Position numbers and translations under genes: made by a program. Shown here piece after piece: positions 1-64,000 of a DNA stretch of 64,000 bases; position 1 is the first letter of the stretch; every line of letters begins with the position of its first letter. A model generated the notes under the pieces. The model ran no database searches, was not told where the DNA came from, and saw nothing but the letters and a program-made list of their open reading frames with translations. This DNA comes from Octopus bimaculoides. Its lineage: Eukaryota. The stretch spans positions 149,859,453-149,923,452 of the forward strand of contig NC_068983.1 of NCBI RefSeq assembly GCF_001194135.2, in the 5' to 3' direction.

Positions 1-1180
1 CCTTAAAAACAGGAACTAAACCACAGTTATTTTGTGTTCTTTGCTACATTGGTTTCTATTAACCCATTTATTCTATCAGAAGAATTTTTATTCATTAAGA
101 TAGAAGAAATACACTTAATTATATATATATATATATATATCCTTGTGTGAATAATCCGGAAATTCATGTTAGAGCGAAAGTTGATTCACGCAAGGATTAC
201 TTTGCACGGATTTCTACACGGATATTTACCACTGGAATGAAACTACACTTCAAGTACTGTTCTCTCTTTTTTCAGCACATCACACTCTTTACCACTTCAT
301 ACTAAAAATATCCGCCTATGGATATAATAATAGATTACTTTATTTTTTCTGTCTCCGATGAAGGGAAGTACTGGATCTTCNNNNNNNNNNNNNNNNNNNN
401 NNNNNNNNNNNNNNNNNNNNNNNNNNNNNNNNNNNNNNNNNNNNNNNNNNNNNNNNNNNNNNNNNNNNNNNNNNNNNNNNNNNNNNNNNNNNNNNNNNNN
501 NNNNNNNNNNNNNNNNNNNNNNNNNNNNNNNNNNNNNNNNNNNNNNNNNNNNNNNNNNNNNNNNNNNNNNNNNNNNNNNNNNNNNNNNNNNNNNNNNNNN
601 NNNNNNNNNNNNNNNNNNNNNNNNNNNNNNNNNNNNNNNNNNNNNNNNNNNNNNNNNNNNNNNNNNNNNNNNNNNNNNNNNNNNNNNNNNNNNNNNNNNN
701 NNNNNNNNNNNNNNNNNNNNNNNNNNNNNNNNNNNNNNNNNNNNNNNNNNNNNNNNNNNNNNNNNNNNNNNNNNNNNNNNNNNNNNNNNNNNNNNNNNNN
801 NNNNNNNNNNNNNNNNNNNNNNNNNNNNNNNNNNNNNNNNNNNNNNNNNNNNNNNNNNNNNNNNNNNNNNNNNNNNNNNNNNNNNNNNNNNNNNNNNNNN
901 NNNNNNNNNNNNNNNNNNNNNNNNNNNNNNNNNNNNNNNNNNNNNNNNNNNNNNNNNNNNNNNNNNNNNNNNNNNNNNNNNNNNNNNNNNNNNNNNNNNN
1001 NNNNNNNNNNNNNNNNNNNNNNNNNNNNNNNNNNNNNNNNNNNNNNNNNNNNNNNNNNNNNNNNNNNNNNNNNNNNNNNNNNNNNNNNNNNNNNNNNNNN
1101 NNNNNNNNNNNNNNNNNNNNNNNNNNNNNNNNNNNNNNNNNNNNNNNNNNNNNNNNNNNNNNNNNNNNNNNNNNNNNNNN

Positions 1181-1228
<48 letters not shown>

Positions 1229-1859
1229 TGTATGTATGTATGTACGTATGTATGTATGTATGTATGTATGTATGTATGTATGTATGTATGTATGTACTAG
1301 TCTATATTTTTGAGATGAGGAATCATGTACGTTTTTTTACAATTAACGGATAGGTGTCCTCACTTGTTTGTTGTTACCACAATGTTTATAAGCCCCAAAA
1401 TTCACTCTATAATTTCTCACGGGCATATAGCGTAGTAGATAAGAGCGTAGTTTATTAACCCTCGAATTATGAGTTCAATCCCAGACAAGGACTTGGGAAA
1501 TAATATCAACAGAAAAAAACATCATCAAAAAAGAATACGTTAGAAATGAGTAACCTATTAGTCAAATAAAAGGTTGGGCTCGAAATTCCACTAAAACACC
1601 CGACGAAACCTGGAGAGTACATCAGACGAAACGTTGTGGTAACAACAAACAAGGTAAGGATACCTTCCGTTTATTGTAAATAATGTATTCTTTTTTGATG
1701 ATATTTTTTCTGCGACTGTGATCCAGAAATTTCAGGGTGGAAAAGCACCTGGAAGAGACTTGAATGTTGGATACTGGTACAAGAAACAAACCTTCTAACG
1801 ACCATATCTTATCAACCTGTTCCAGCAAGTTCTCAATGTGAGCAGTAGCATACCACACT

Positions 1860-3120
1860 GGTTAGCTCTGGCTACCACTCCTCAAGGTATTCGCATGACA
1901 AAAAACTACCAACCGTTGCATGCCAGAACTTAATGTATAGAATATATACAGCATGTTTAAACCTCTTCCTCCAAGACCACAGCAGAACAAACATCCACTC
2001 ATGCCCAAAGAAGTCACACTACTCTACCGCAATGTACAATCAGAGAAAAAGATAAGCGTATATCAGTAGAAGACATGCATGGATATGTTAGTAGAAAGCT
2101 CCGTGATGATAATAACATCGATCATCAAAGCAGTTTATCATGGACGAATAGCCGGATTATTACTTCCTACTGTGAAGGGTATGCGTTTGTAATCCAGGAA
2201 CAGGAAATATCAACCAAGTACCCGACGCACAAAAGGGATAGAGATGTGGGAAAAACCGTAAAATGTGAAAACCGATGCAGACTTTGTCGAGTTCACACTG
2301 AAGATATCATCCACATCATAAGCAGTTATCCGAAAATGTCATCACGGTATTATCTACCGATGGGACATGACGTTGTAGTTAGGACACTCTATAAGGAAAT
2401 CCGTCGGAAGGATAATCCTGAGGACAAAGAAATAAAAACCCATAATATGATAGAAGCCATAGTCACTCATAATGAAAAGGATTACTTGTGGAATGTACCA
2501 GTGAAGACCTCAATAAAATGTAAGCACAACAGACCTGATATAATGATTTGGGATTGAGAAGAGAAACTGTGCACAATTGTGGAAATTAGCTGCCCAGCGG
2601 ATGTTAACATAAGGCTGAAGATCAGTGAAAAAGAGAACACCTATGCTGAACTATTGAGAAATCTACAGTTACTCTATCCAGATTACAAATTCAGGTTTAT
2701 ACCTGTAATTATTGGGGCCCTGGGATATATAACATACTGCCTGAATACCAAAATTGAGAAATTAGGCTTCTCAAAACCAGAAAGGAGAAAGCTAATTCGA
2801 AGGCTACAGATCCAATCCATCACTGGAANNNNNNNNNNAAGCTAATTCGAAGGCTACAGATCCAATCCATCACTGGAACTGTAAAAATCTGTAAAACTTT
2901 CCAGAAGTTTAGCATTTAAATATATATGAGCCTGTCTAGATATGTAACTCTATGCATGAGAATATATACATAAAACATACAAATCTGCACATACATACAT
3001 ACATACAAACAAAAATACCCTGTTGTTGATGTTGAAATTCCAATGAAGGAACCTTGGATCTAGGTTAGAAACCGGTTCTTTCTTCATTGGCAAGAAATCT
3101 TGAAATAAACTGAATAATGA
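1860..3120 (+). mobile_element. 5'-truncated, decayed non-LTR retrotransposon with a restriction-like endonuclease (R2/R4/Dong-like)
   Basis: CRLC..HTEDIIHIISS zinc knuckle, HNRPDIMIWD, EISCPADVN...EKENTY, IPVIIGALG; in-frame stops; 3' UTR ends in (CATA)n. Confidence 0.88.
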
Positions 3121-4099
3121 CATACATACATACATGTATGCATACATACATACATACATACATACATACATACATACATACATGTGTCTCTCGGCTCAAG
3201 TTTCATGCCACTGATTATCTGACGACTACTATTACAACTCGGTGTGGCTATTGAGTTGTATCCCTTTGTGTGTGTGTGTGTGTGTTGATTGGTTTGCTTT
3301 GTAACATTTGCTTGATTGTGTAGGTATTTCCTTTACTTAGTTGTTTTTTGTGTGTCTGGATGGGACGTAATTATTATTTTCGCCGAGTTTGTTGGCTGGA
3401 GCTGCGGTTTGTTGATAGAATTCGTGGTTAGAGTTCGTGGGAAAATTTTACTTTGTTTTACTTTGTTATTGGCTGAACGTTCAGTATTTGTAAAAGTTGT
3501 GTAAAAATAGACGTGGTTATTTTCTTTTTTTTTTCTTTTTCGTGTTTTCGATCGGATTGCTTTTTCTTAATTTATATGTATGCTTATGTTTGCATTTATG
3601 AATTTAGTGTATTGGATTGGTGGATTGTGGTTCAATCCTTATGGGCGCCATTTTTTACTTGCTTGTTTGTATGTGTGTATGTGTGTGCGTCTGCGTACGC
3701 GCGTGTAACTTTGTACATTTAATTTGGATTTGCTAATTACGGTTAGATTTTTGTGGATGTCATTTTTTAATATTTTAGTAAGTGCTGTTGGGGATGTTGT
3801 TACAGGTCGTTCATGTACGTCAAACGAATGAGGAAAGGAGTACTCAATACATGAAAAACATTTTATCGTTTATTTAAATTACATTTGTTGTCATTGGTTC
3901 TACTAGGTGCTGTTAATTAGTCTTATATTGAAAGTTCTTTATTTTGAAAGAATACGCCTTATTCATAGGAATATTTCAATTCAGCACAACAATATGGATG
4001 ACTCTATGAGGGCGCTTGATCAGCTAGATATAGCAACCAAATCTCCTTCATATTACACACCACTGCATTCTAAAACAAAATACCATGGATAATGTAATC

Positions 4100-4496
4100 A
4101 GGCGTAGGAGTGGCTGTGTGGTAAGTAGCTTGCTTACGAACCTCATAGTTCCGGGTTCAGTCCCACTGCGTGGCATCTTGGGCAAGTGTCTTCTACTATA
4201 GCCTCGGGCCGACCAAAGCTTTGTGAGTGGATTTGGTAGACGGAAACTGAAAGAAGCCCGTCGTATATATGTATGTATATGTATGTGTGTTTGTGTGTCT
4301 GTGTTTGCCCCCCCCCACCAACTATCGCTTGACAACCGATGCTGATGTGTTTACGTCCCCGTAACATAGCGGTTCGGCAATTGAGACTGATAAAATAAGT
4401 ACTAGGCTTACAGAGAATAAGTCCTGGGGTCGATTTGCTCGACTAAAGGCGGTGCTCCGGCATGGCCGCTGTCAAATGACTGAAACAAGTAAAAGA
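4100..4496 (+). mobile_element. tRNA-derived SINE family 2, full-length copy
   Basis: tRNA-like head (GGCTGTGTGGTAAG...GGGTTCAGTCCC), internal microsatellite, conserved tail; other copies at 5521-5904(-), 8945-9302(-), 37372-37600(+), 33070-33140(+), 39105-39195(-). Confidence 0.88.
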
Positions 4497-5175
4497 GTAT
4501 GCATAGATTATATCTGAAAAAGCAAAGGAGACGACTTGGTCATGGCTGGAACTGGTTTTATTTTTATTTTTTTATTATTGGTCAACCTGATCGAGACTGT
4601 TCTGTGGCTAAACAACATTGTCATCAACAACAACAATAACAACGACCCATTTTGGAATGCGGTACACTATCCTGCAGCACTTACATTAAAATTAATTTAG
4701 CTGTTGATGGTTGATCTGGTTTTTCTAGCACTGTAAAGGACTCAACAAATTGCATCCCACTTCTACCTCAAATCGATGAATTCAAAACGTATCCTGTGGA
4801 TGTACTTCGGACAAAGTGCTTCTTAGTATTTAGTTATGCTTCTTTGGGTTCAGAACCCCGCTCAGCTCGACTTAGTGTCTGCTTCGGATCTTTTTTAAAA
4901 CGGGGGCCACATTTTTCATTAAAGTTTTACGTAGTGTTTTTGGTACGGAAAGACTTTCAAACTTCGTATACTTATCTATTTTGTGTTATAGAACAGAAAA
5001 ATATTTTTGTATTCGAATTTATTTAATGTAAAAAATTGTCTTATTTCGATAATTTCAACCAATCACTGACAAGTATTCAGTTGTTTAGATTTACTCCTTT
5101 GGCTCATTAAGCGATGTAAAGCGTATTTAATCTTCATACCTTCGTTTTATTTGCTTTTTTCATTTTAAATTTGCT

Positions 5176-5245
5176 TTAACCCTAACCCTAACCCTAACCG
5201 TAGGGTTAGGGTTAAGGTTAGAGTTAGGGTTAGGGTTAGGGTTAA
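5176..5245. repeat. Inverted interstitial telomere-like repeats (CCCTAA)n-(TTAGGG)n
   Basis: Direct reading of the sequence. Confidence 0.85.
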
Positions 5246-5520
5246 TTGTTTCAGAATCGTTNNNNNNNNNNATAATTTATGGATTTCTTTTTTTTTTTAA
5301 GAAGACTAAGAGAAAAAGATGTTTTATATGACACATTCTACCAGTGTTCCAAGTTTCAAAGTGTTTCGTTAATGAAAAATGTGGCCCCCGTTTTAAAAAA
5401 GATCCTCTGCTTCTCCTTCTGAGAGCACAAAAATAAGTACAGACAAGAGAATGTGGTATTCCAGTATGACCACTGTCTAATGATAGGAACTAGTAAAGGA
5501 ATAACAGAATAGACCTTGTC

Positions 5521-5904
5521 TCTTTTACTTGTTTCAGTCATTTGACTGCGGCCATGCTGGAGCACCGCCTTTAGTCGAGCAAATCGACCCCAGGACTTAT
5601 TCTTTGGTAAGCCTAGTACTTATTCTATCGGTCTCTTTTTGCCGAACCGCTATGTTACGGGGACGAAAACACACCAGCATCGGTTGTCAAGCGATGGGGG
5701 GGGGGACAAACACAAACACACACATATATATACATATATACGACGGGCTTCTTTCAGTTTCCGTCTACCAAATCCATTAACAAGGCTTTGGTCGGCCCGA
5801 GGCTATAGTAGAAGACACTTGCTCAAGGTGCCACGCAGTGGGACTGAACCCGGAACCATGTGTTTGGTAAGCAAGCTACTTACCACACACCCACTCCTAC
5901 GCCT
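5521..5904 (-). mobile_element. tRNA-derived SINE family 2, full-length copy
   Basis: Reverse complement of 4100-4496. Confidence 0.88.
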
Positions 5905-5961
5905 ACAGTCTAGTCGCGATTTAACGAAAAAATTAAATATTTTTGTATTCCCTCTCTTCAG

Positions 5962-58778
<52,817 letters not shown>

Positions 58779-58839
58779 GTGTGAAACTACTGTAGTTTAT
58801 TTTACATATTGATTTATTTATTGACGAAGCATTCCATGG

Positions 58840-59140
58840 GAGGCGCAATGGTCCAGTGGTTAGGGTAGCAGACTCGCGGTCGGAGGATCGCGGTTTCGAT
58901 TCCCAGACCGGGCATTGTGTGCGTTTATGGAACGAAAACATCTAAAACTCCACGAGTCTCTGACAGGGGATGGTGGCGACCCCTGTTGTACTCTTTCACT
59001 CACTCTTTCTTCCTGTTTTTTGAGTAACGCTGCAATGGACTGGCGTCCCCTCCAGTTGGGGGGAACACATACGCCATAGAAACCGGCAAACCGGGCCCAT
59101 GAGCTTGGCTAGGCTTTAAAAGGGGCGCATAAATAAATAA
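58840..59140 (+). mobile_element. tRNA-derived SINE family 3 with a 13-bp TSD
   Basis: Head GAGGCGCAATGGTCCAGTGGTTAGGG; (TAAA) tail; TSD AAGCATTCCATGG at 58827-58839 and 59141-59153. Confidence 0.9.
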
Positions 59141-60120
59141 AAGCATTCCATGGATGAATTAGATATATCATTGATTAAATACTAATACTGCTTTTTTTTT
59201 TTTTCATGCAAGAATGCTGAAAAATTTTAATAACTCTGGTGTGATTTGAACACAAAAAGAGATGCATTTCTTATCACTCTACCTAGTTCCGCTTACCCCA
59301 TCTGAAATTATTTTTCAAATTAATTTTTTTTCACAAGACTCTTATTTTTTTATAGTGGGGAATTAGAGTAACCGATCAAATTAGTTCAGGATTGTTCGAC
59401 ATGTGAAATGGCGTTGCTTAATTTTTTTCTTCTTTTTTGTTTTTGTGAACAATAGGGTTAGTAGAATACTGTTTTTATCTCCAGCTTCATGCTGTTTTAA
59501 ACAGATGAAAAATATGTTTACCTTTTAGAAAAAGATGACAGTCCAGCCTTTTGCGAATAACTTTCCAAAATGAGCTAGAACTTTATCTTTTAATAACATA
59601 TATGTAAGTTAAGTAAAATAAAATATTCTTCCTAAAGACACAATAAAACACCTACATTGAATCTAATAGCCTAACACTTAGCTACTTCGCCTCTTAACGG
59701 TCACTAATGTGGCTAGTAATTGTAGTAAGTAATAACAGTTTAAGCCTTTTACTGCAGAAATCAGATATAACCCTTAAAATTTCATTACCGTTAACTGCAG
59801 AAAACAGTTTTATATACCAAAGTACTTTTGTTGAGGTTTGTCATATTTGCAACTACTTTTTTTGATGAAATCTGTCAAGTTTATCGAGCAACGTAACTTC
59901 CAGAAAATACTTAGTCTTTTTTTTCTTCTTTTTTTTTCCCCCATTTTTTTTTTTTCTTTTTGTAAACATTTAACATCATTACAGGAATAACCATGAAATT
60001 TAATTTCGCAGTTAAAGGGTTAATACAATGTGATGCTTTCATTGACAAATGACATTTAAAACCTTGATTGTCATTTATACTGCTTATTCCTCTAACAACT
60101 GCTGTAAATACTCATTTCTA

Positions 60121-60473
60121 CGAGGGTTCCAGTTGATCCGATCAACGAAACAGCCTGCTCGTGAAATTAACGTGCAAGTGGCTGAGCACTCCATAGACAC
60201 GTGTACCCTTAACTGAGTTCTCGAGGATATTCAGCGTGACACAGTGTGACAAGGCTGACCCTTTGAATTACAGGCACAATAGAAACAGGAAGTAAGAGCG
60301 AGAGAAAGTTATAGTGAAAGAGTACATCAGGGTTCGCCACCATCCCCTGCCGGAGCCTTGTGGAAGTTAGGTGTTTTCGCTCAATAAACACTCACAACGC
60401 CCGGTCTGGGAATCGGAACCTCGATCCTATGACCGCGAGTCCGCTGCCCTAACCACTGGGCCATTGCGCCTCC
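60121..60473 (-). mobile_element. tRNA-derived SINE sharing the family 3 head, with a longer core
   Basis: Reverse complement head GGAGGCGCAATGGCCCAGTGGTTAGGGCAGCGGACTCGCGG; flanked by ACTCATTTC duplicates. Confidence 0.85.
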
Positions 60474-61735
60474 ACACTCATTTCCAATATAGACACAAAA
60501 CCACACCTTTAACAAGAGAATATGGCAGAATAAATTGACTCGGTGGGATATGAACGCAGAACATAAAGGACTGAAACTATTTATCGAAAAGTAATTTATC
60601 AGAAATTCTGACGACTCTGCTAACTCACTTCCCTTACTGAGCATTAAAAAGTGATAGTACATAAACCAATGAGATATCTCAGAGGATTGCTGGAGAGGAC
60701 TAAATGACCAACTTTGGCGTACATTGTAGAGTCTTTTCCGCCATCAGATCATTCCTAACGAGATGTTTGAAAGTTATTGTCAACAGACTGTCTTTTGACA
60801 TTTTTGAAACGAATATAGACGCACCCGCTGAACCTATGATCTTCCCGCAGTTTATCAGTGATTTACTTGATATATGCATATATCTGTCAGCTGTCGCATT
60901 ACCTGACGTGACATTTAATTAGGAAGCTTTAAGTTGCACATTGAATATGCAGTGTACGATTATTGTGTGTGTGTGTGCGCGCGCGCGCGCGCATATATNN
61001 NNNNNNNNNNNNNNNNNNNNNNNNNNNNNNNNNNNNNNNNNNNNNNNNNNNNNNNNNNNNNNNNNNNNNNNNNNNNNNNNNNNNNNNNNNNNNNNNNNNN
61101 NNNNNNNNNNNNNNNNNNNNNNNNNNNNNNNNNNNNNNNNNNNNNNNNNNNNNNNNNNNNNNNNNNNNNNNNNNNNNNNNNNNNNNNNNNNNNNNNNNNN
61201 NNNNNNNNNNNNNNNNNNNNNNNNNNNNNNNNCTCTCATCAGGTATGGTCATAATAGTTTTCTTCCTGAACTAGAGACATAGCAAAGAAGAAGAAGAAGA
61301 AGAAGAAGAAGAAGAAGAAGAAGAAGGAGGAGGAGGAGGAGGAGGAGGAGAAGAAGAAGACGAAGAAGGAGGAGGAGGAGAAGAAGAAGAGGAAGAAGAA
61401 GGAGGAGGAGAAGACGAAGGAGGAGGAGAAGAAGAAGAAGAAGAAGGAGGAGGAGAAGACGAAGAAGGAGGAGGAGAAAAAGAAGAAGAAAACGAAGAAG
61501 GAGGAGGAGGAGAAGAAGAAGAAGAAAAGAAGAAGAAAATGAAGAAGAAGAAAAAGAAGAGAAGAAGAAGAAGAAGAAGAAGAATCTACTTAAGTGATAG
61601 ATGAGTAGTTTATTTATCGTCCCAGGAAGGGTGTAAGACAACGTTGGCCTTGACAAAATTTGAACTCCGAGACCACAGACTAGAACGAATATCGCAAGGT
61701 ATTCTGTCCGACGATCCAACGACCTATCAGTTCAC

Positions 61736-61774
<39 letters not shown>

Positions 61775-62429
61775 GGAGAGACAGACAGACAAACAGTTAG
61801 AGAAAAAAATGAGGGTACAAAAAGGAATCATTATCCTCTTCCATTTTTGCTATTGGCGGGAAAATTCGTTGCACACGCATTACGTGACATTACTTCCATC
61901 ACTTCATCTCTGTGCAGGTTTGGACTTGAAACGTCATTCATATCGTCACTGTTATTACGTTAAATGCGACCTGTTTGCTTTCGAGTTTCTTCAAAGAAGA
62001 GCAATATCCAGTGATCCGTTTTAAGAAAAGTTAAAAGTGTATCAAAGGTCAAAATCCATCGAAGGCTTTCAGCAGAATATGGGGACTCTGTTTTGTTGCT
62101 ACAGGCTCTCTACACAAGAACTGAAAAATTCAAAAGTAGTTGCACAAGTGTCGCACATCAAAACGCTGTACACACGAACACATCCTACACTGATGACGAC
62201 ATTGGACGAGCCCAATGTTATCATCACATTAGACGAGTCCAATGTGATATGGATCTGTTTGAACTCAGAGCCAAGGAGCTGGAACTGATATGGCAAAGTA
62301 TTCTCACTCTGTAGCAACTCTGCCACTTCACCTCATATAAACGTTTATGTATGTATGTATGTATGTATGTATGTATGCATGCATGTATGTATGTATGTAT
62401 GTATGTATATAAGTGTGTATGTATGTATG

Positions 62430-62522
62430 TCATTATTCAGTTTTATTTCAAGATTTCTTGCCTATAGAGAAAGGTCCAAGGCTCCTTCATTGGAATTTCA
62501 ACACCAACAACAGGTTAATTTT
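62430..62522 (-). mobile_element. Solo 3' end of the same RLE-LINE family as 1860-3120, embedded in (TATG)n
   Basis: Reverse complement of about 3011-3120 with a small deletion. Confidence 0.85.
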
Positions 62523-63421
62523 GTATGTATGTATGTATGTATGTATGTATGTATGTATGTATGTGGGTATGAGTGTGAGTGTGCACGCGCACTCGTGTAC
62601 GAGGATGAGTCTGACTATTGATGACGTAGCAAATGATATACAAATTAGTTGTGATTTCACCTATGAAATCATTCACAATAAACTCGGCTTTAGTAAAGTT
62701 TGTGCAAGATGATTTCCAAAACAACGTACAGAACTGCACAAACAAAATTGTTTCATTATCTCAATCGCTTTTGGATGCTGTGGCAACGAAGGGACACGTT
62801 AGAAGAAGCAGCTATTGGTGACGACTTTCATAAGTGCCCTGGGCAAAATAAATGATGACAAATTTGCGCGCTCGCATGTGTTTGTGTGTGTGTGTGTGCG
62901 CGCGCGTAAAGAGAGAGAAAAAGGGTTAGGGTCTTATGGAAGAGACTAAGGGCTGGCTCTCTTATGATCGATGTAATTAACATTCCTTTTGAACGTTTGT
63001 AAGTCAACATCAAAGACTATTATGGCAACAATAAGAATGACAGTGAGAAGAGGCAATGCTATGTCTTTGAGTGAACTTATACCAATCAGTGGCCCTTTTC
63101 CGGATGTTGTCTGGGATGTCTATATGTGCTGCAACTGCACCGCTCCAGATGTGAGAGAAACATTCCGAAGTGGATCTCACTTAAGCTTTTAGAAGGTCAA
63201 TAATTGTTGGGGATGAAGTATTTTCTCACATTTATGATGTAGCTCTTACTATGTTAAAGACATGATTTCGCCAGGAGAGGTCTTCAGTTATAAGCAGACT
63301 CAGCGGTCAGGGCGATTTTGAGGGTTATATTGAGACGGTAGTCATGACTAGAGAAAATATGAAGCATTTGTATTTTCTTGTTGAAAGCAACAACACTGGT
63401 TAATGCCATTGAAAGGAGCTT

Positions 63422-63477
<56 letters not shown>

Positions 63478-64000
63478 TATATACATATATATATGCATAC
63501 ATAAATACACACACACACACATATATATATATAAGAGCACGTGGTATTAACCGTGCTGTTATATAATATCCGGTTATTTAATATCCAGTACGAAACCGAC
63601 TGGTAAGATCGGTTGAAATGACTATATAATACTGTATACTTTGATTCATATATATATAAATGGGGGGGGGTATGTATATATGTGTGTGTGTGTATGTATG
63701 TATAGTTTAAAAAAAGGAAAGAAAATGGAGATAAGGATGTTAATTATTTATTATCAACAAATTGGTCACCTTCGATTCGTACAGCTGTTTCAATTAATAC
63801 TCAATAATTTAATTACAAATTTGTACATTAAATTAACATTTATGTGACATGAGCATAATTTCATCAGAGGAAAAAAAAAGATGTACCTTCAGATGTTATA
63901 TGCGAACTTGTAGTGACAGCTTATAGTAGACAACTGTTATATGTTCAATGTCCGGAGTTTTATCCACGCATGCGCAGGGACTAGTTCCGGAAGGAATACA

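Noticed and set aside
318-1353. Long ORFs spanning N gaps (also 25152-25749, 40506-40868, 60919-61282)
   Set aside because: Made of Xs and microsatellite translation; not coding.
1425-1485. tRNA-like sequence (also 40984, 55250, 58840)
   Set aside because: Degenerate A/B boxes without a full cloverleaf; these are SINE heads.
2789-2878. 40-bp direct repeat around a 10-N gap
   Set aside because: Overlapping contig ends; an assembly artefact.
3907-4092. Possible upstream SEA exon (…DDSMRALDQLDIATKSPSYY…)
   Set aside because: The frame ends in a stop with no compatible donor; no convincing motif.
5176-5245. Chromosome end-to-end fusion scar
   Set aside because: Repeat order is opposite to a fusion and the tract is very short.
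62180-62250. CTGATGA followed by a hairpin, possible hammerhead
   Set aside because: No GAAA or helix III; it is a 27-bp duplication forming a simple hairpin.
62633-63192. Candidate next polycystin exon after 58778
   Set aside because: No TOP-domain motifs or suitable splice sites; the region matches an L2/CR1-like relic on the - strand.

Overview
AT-rich, microsatellite- and SINE-dense animal genomic DNA from a gapped short-read assembly. The repeat families look like those of a coleoid cephalopod, probably Octopus (inference). The window lies almost entirely inside one + strand gene of the polycystin-1/PKD1-like (REJ) family. I traced 19 exons by GT-AG sites and phase, about 7.05 kb CDS and about 2350 aa, open at both ends. 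The domain order is SEA-like, cbEGF, PKD repeats, REJ, GAIN/GPS (HL|T), TM1, PLAT/LH2, TM2-5, then the start of the TRP-like module. One exon is missing between 32811 and 39296 (phase clash). Introns hold RLE-type (R4/Dong-like) LINE fragments, RTE and L2/CR1 relics, three tRNA-derived SINE families, a Tc1 relic, a hAT MITE, a DINE/HINE-like element and several long foldbacks. The most notable observations are three. (1) A 357-nt-period repeat carries a minimal type I hammerhead ribozyme with a palindromic helix III (retrozyme or Penelope pLTR-like), with a homologous copy on the opposite strand and further relics sharing unusual core variants. (2) A truncated tandem duplicate of the GPS-cleavage exon could yield a TM-less soluble isoform and begins with a recursive-splice-like AG|GTGAGT. 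(3) The SEA-EGF N-terminal module is unusual for a polycystin.
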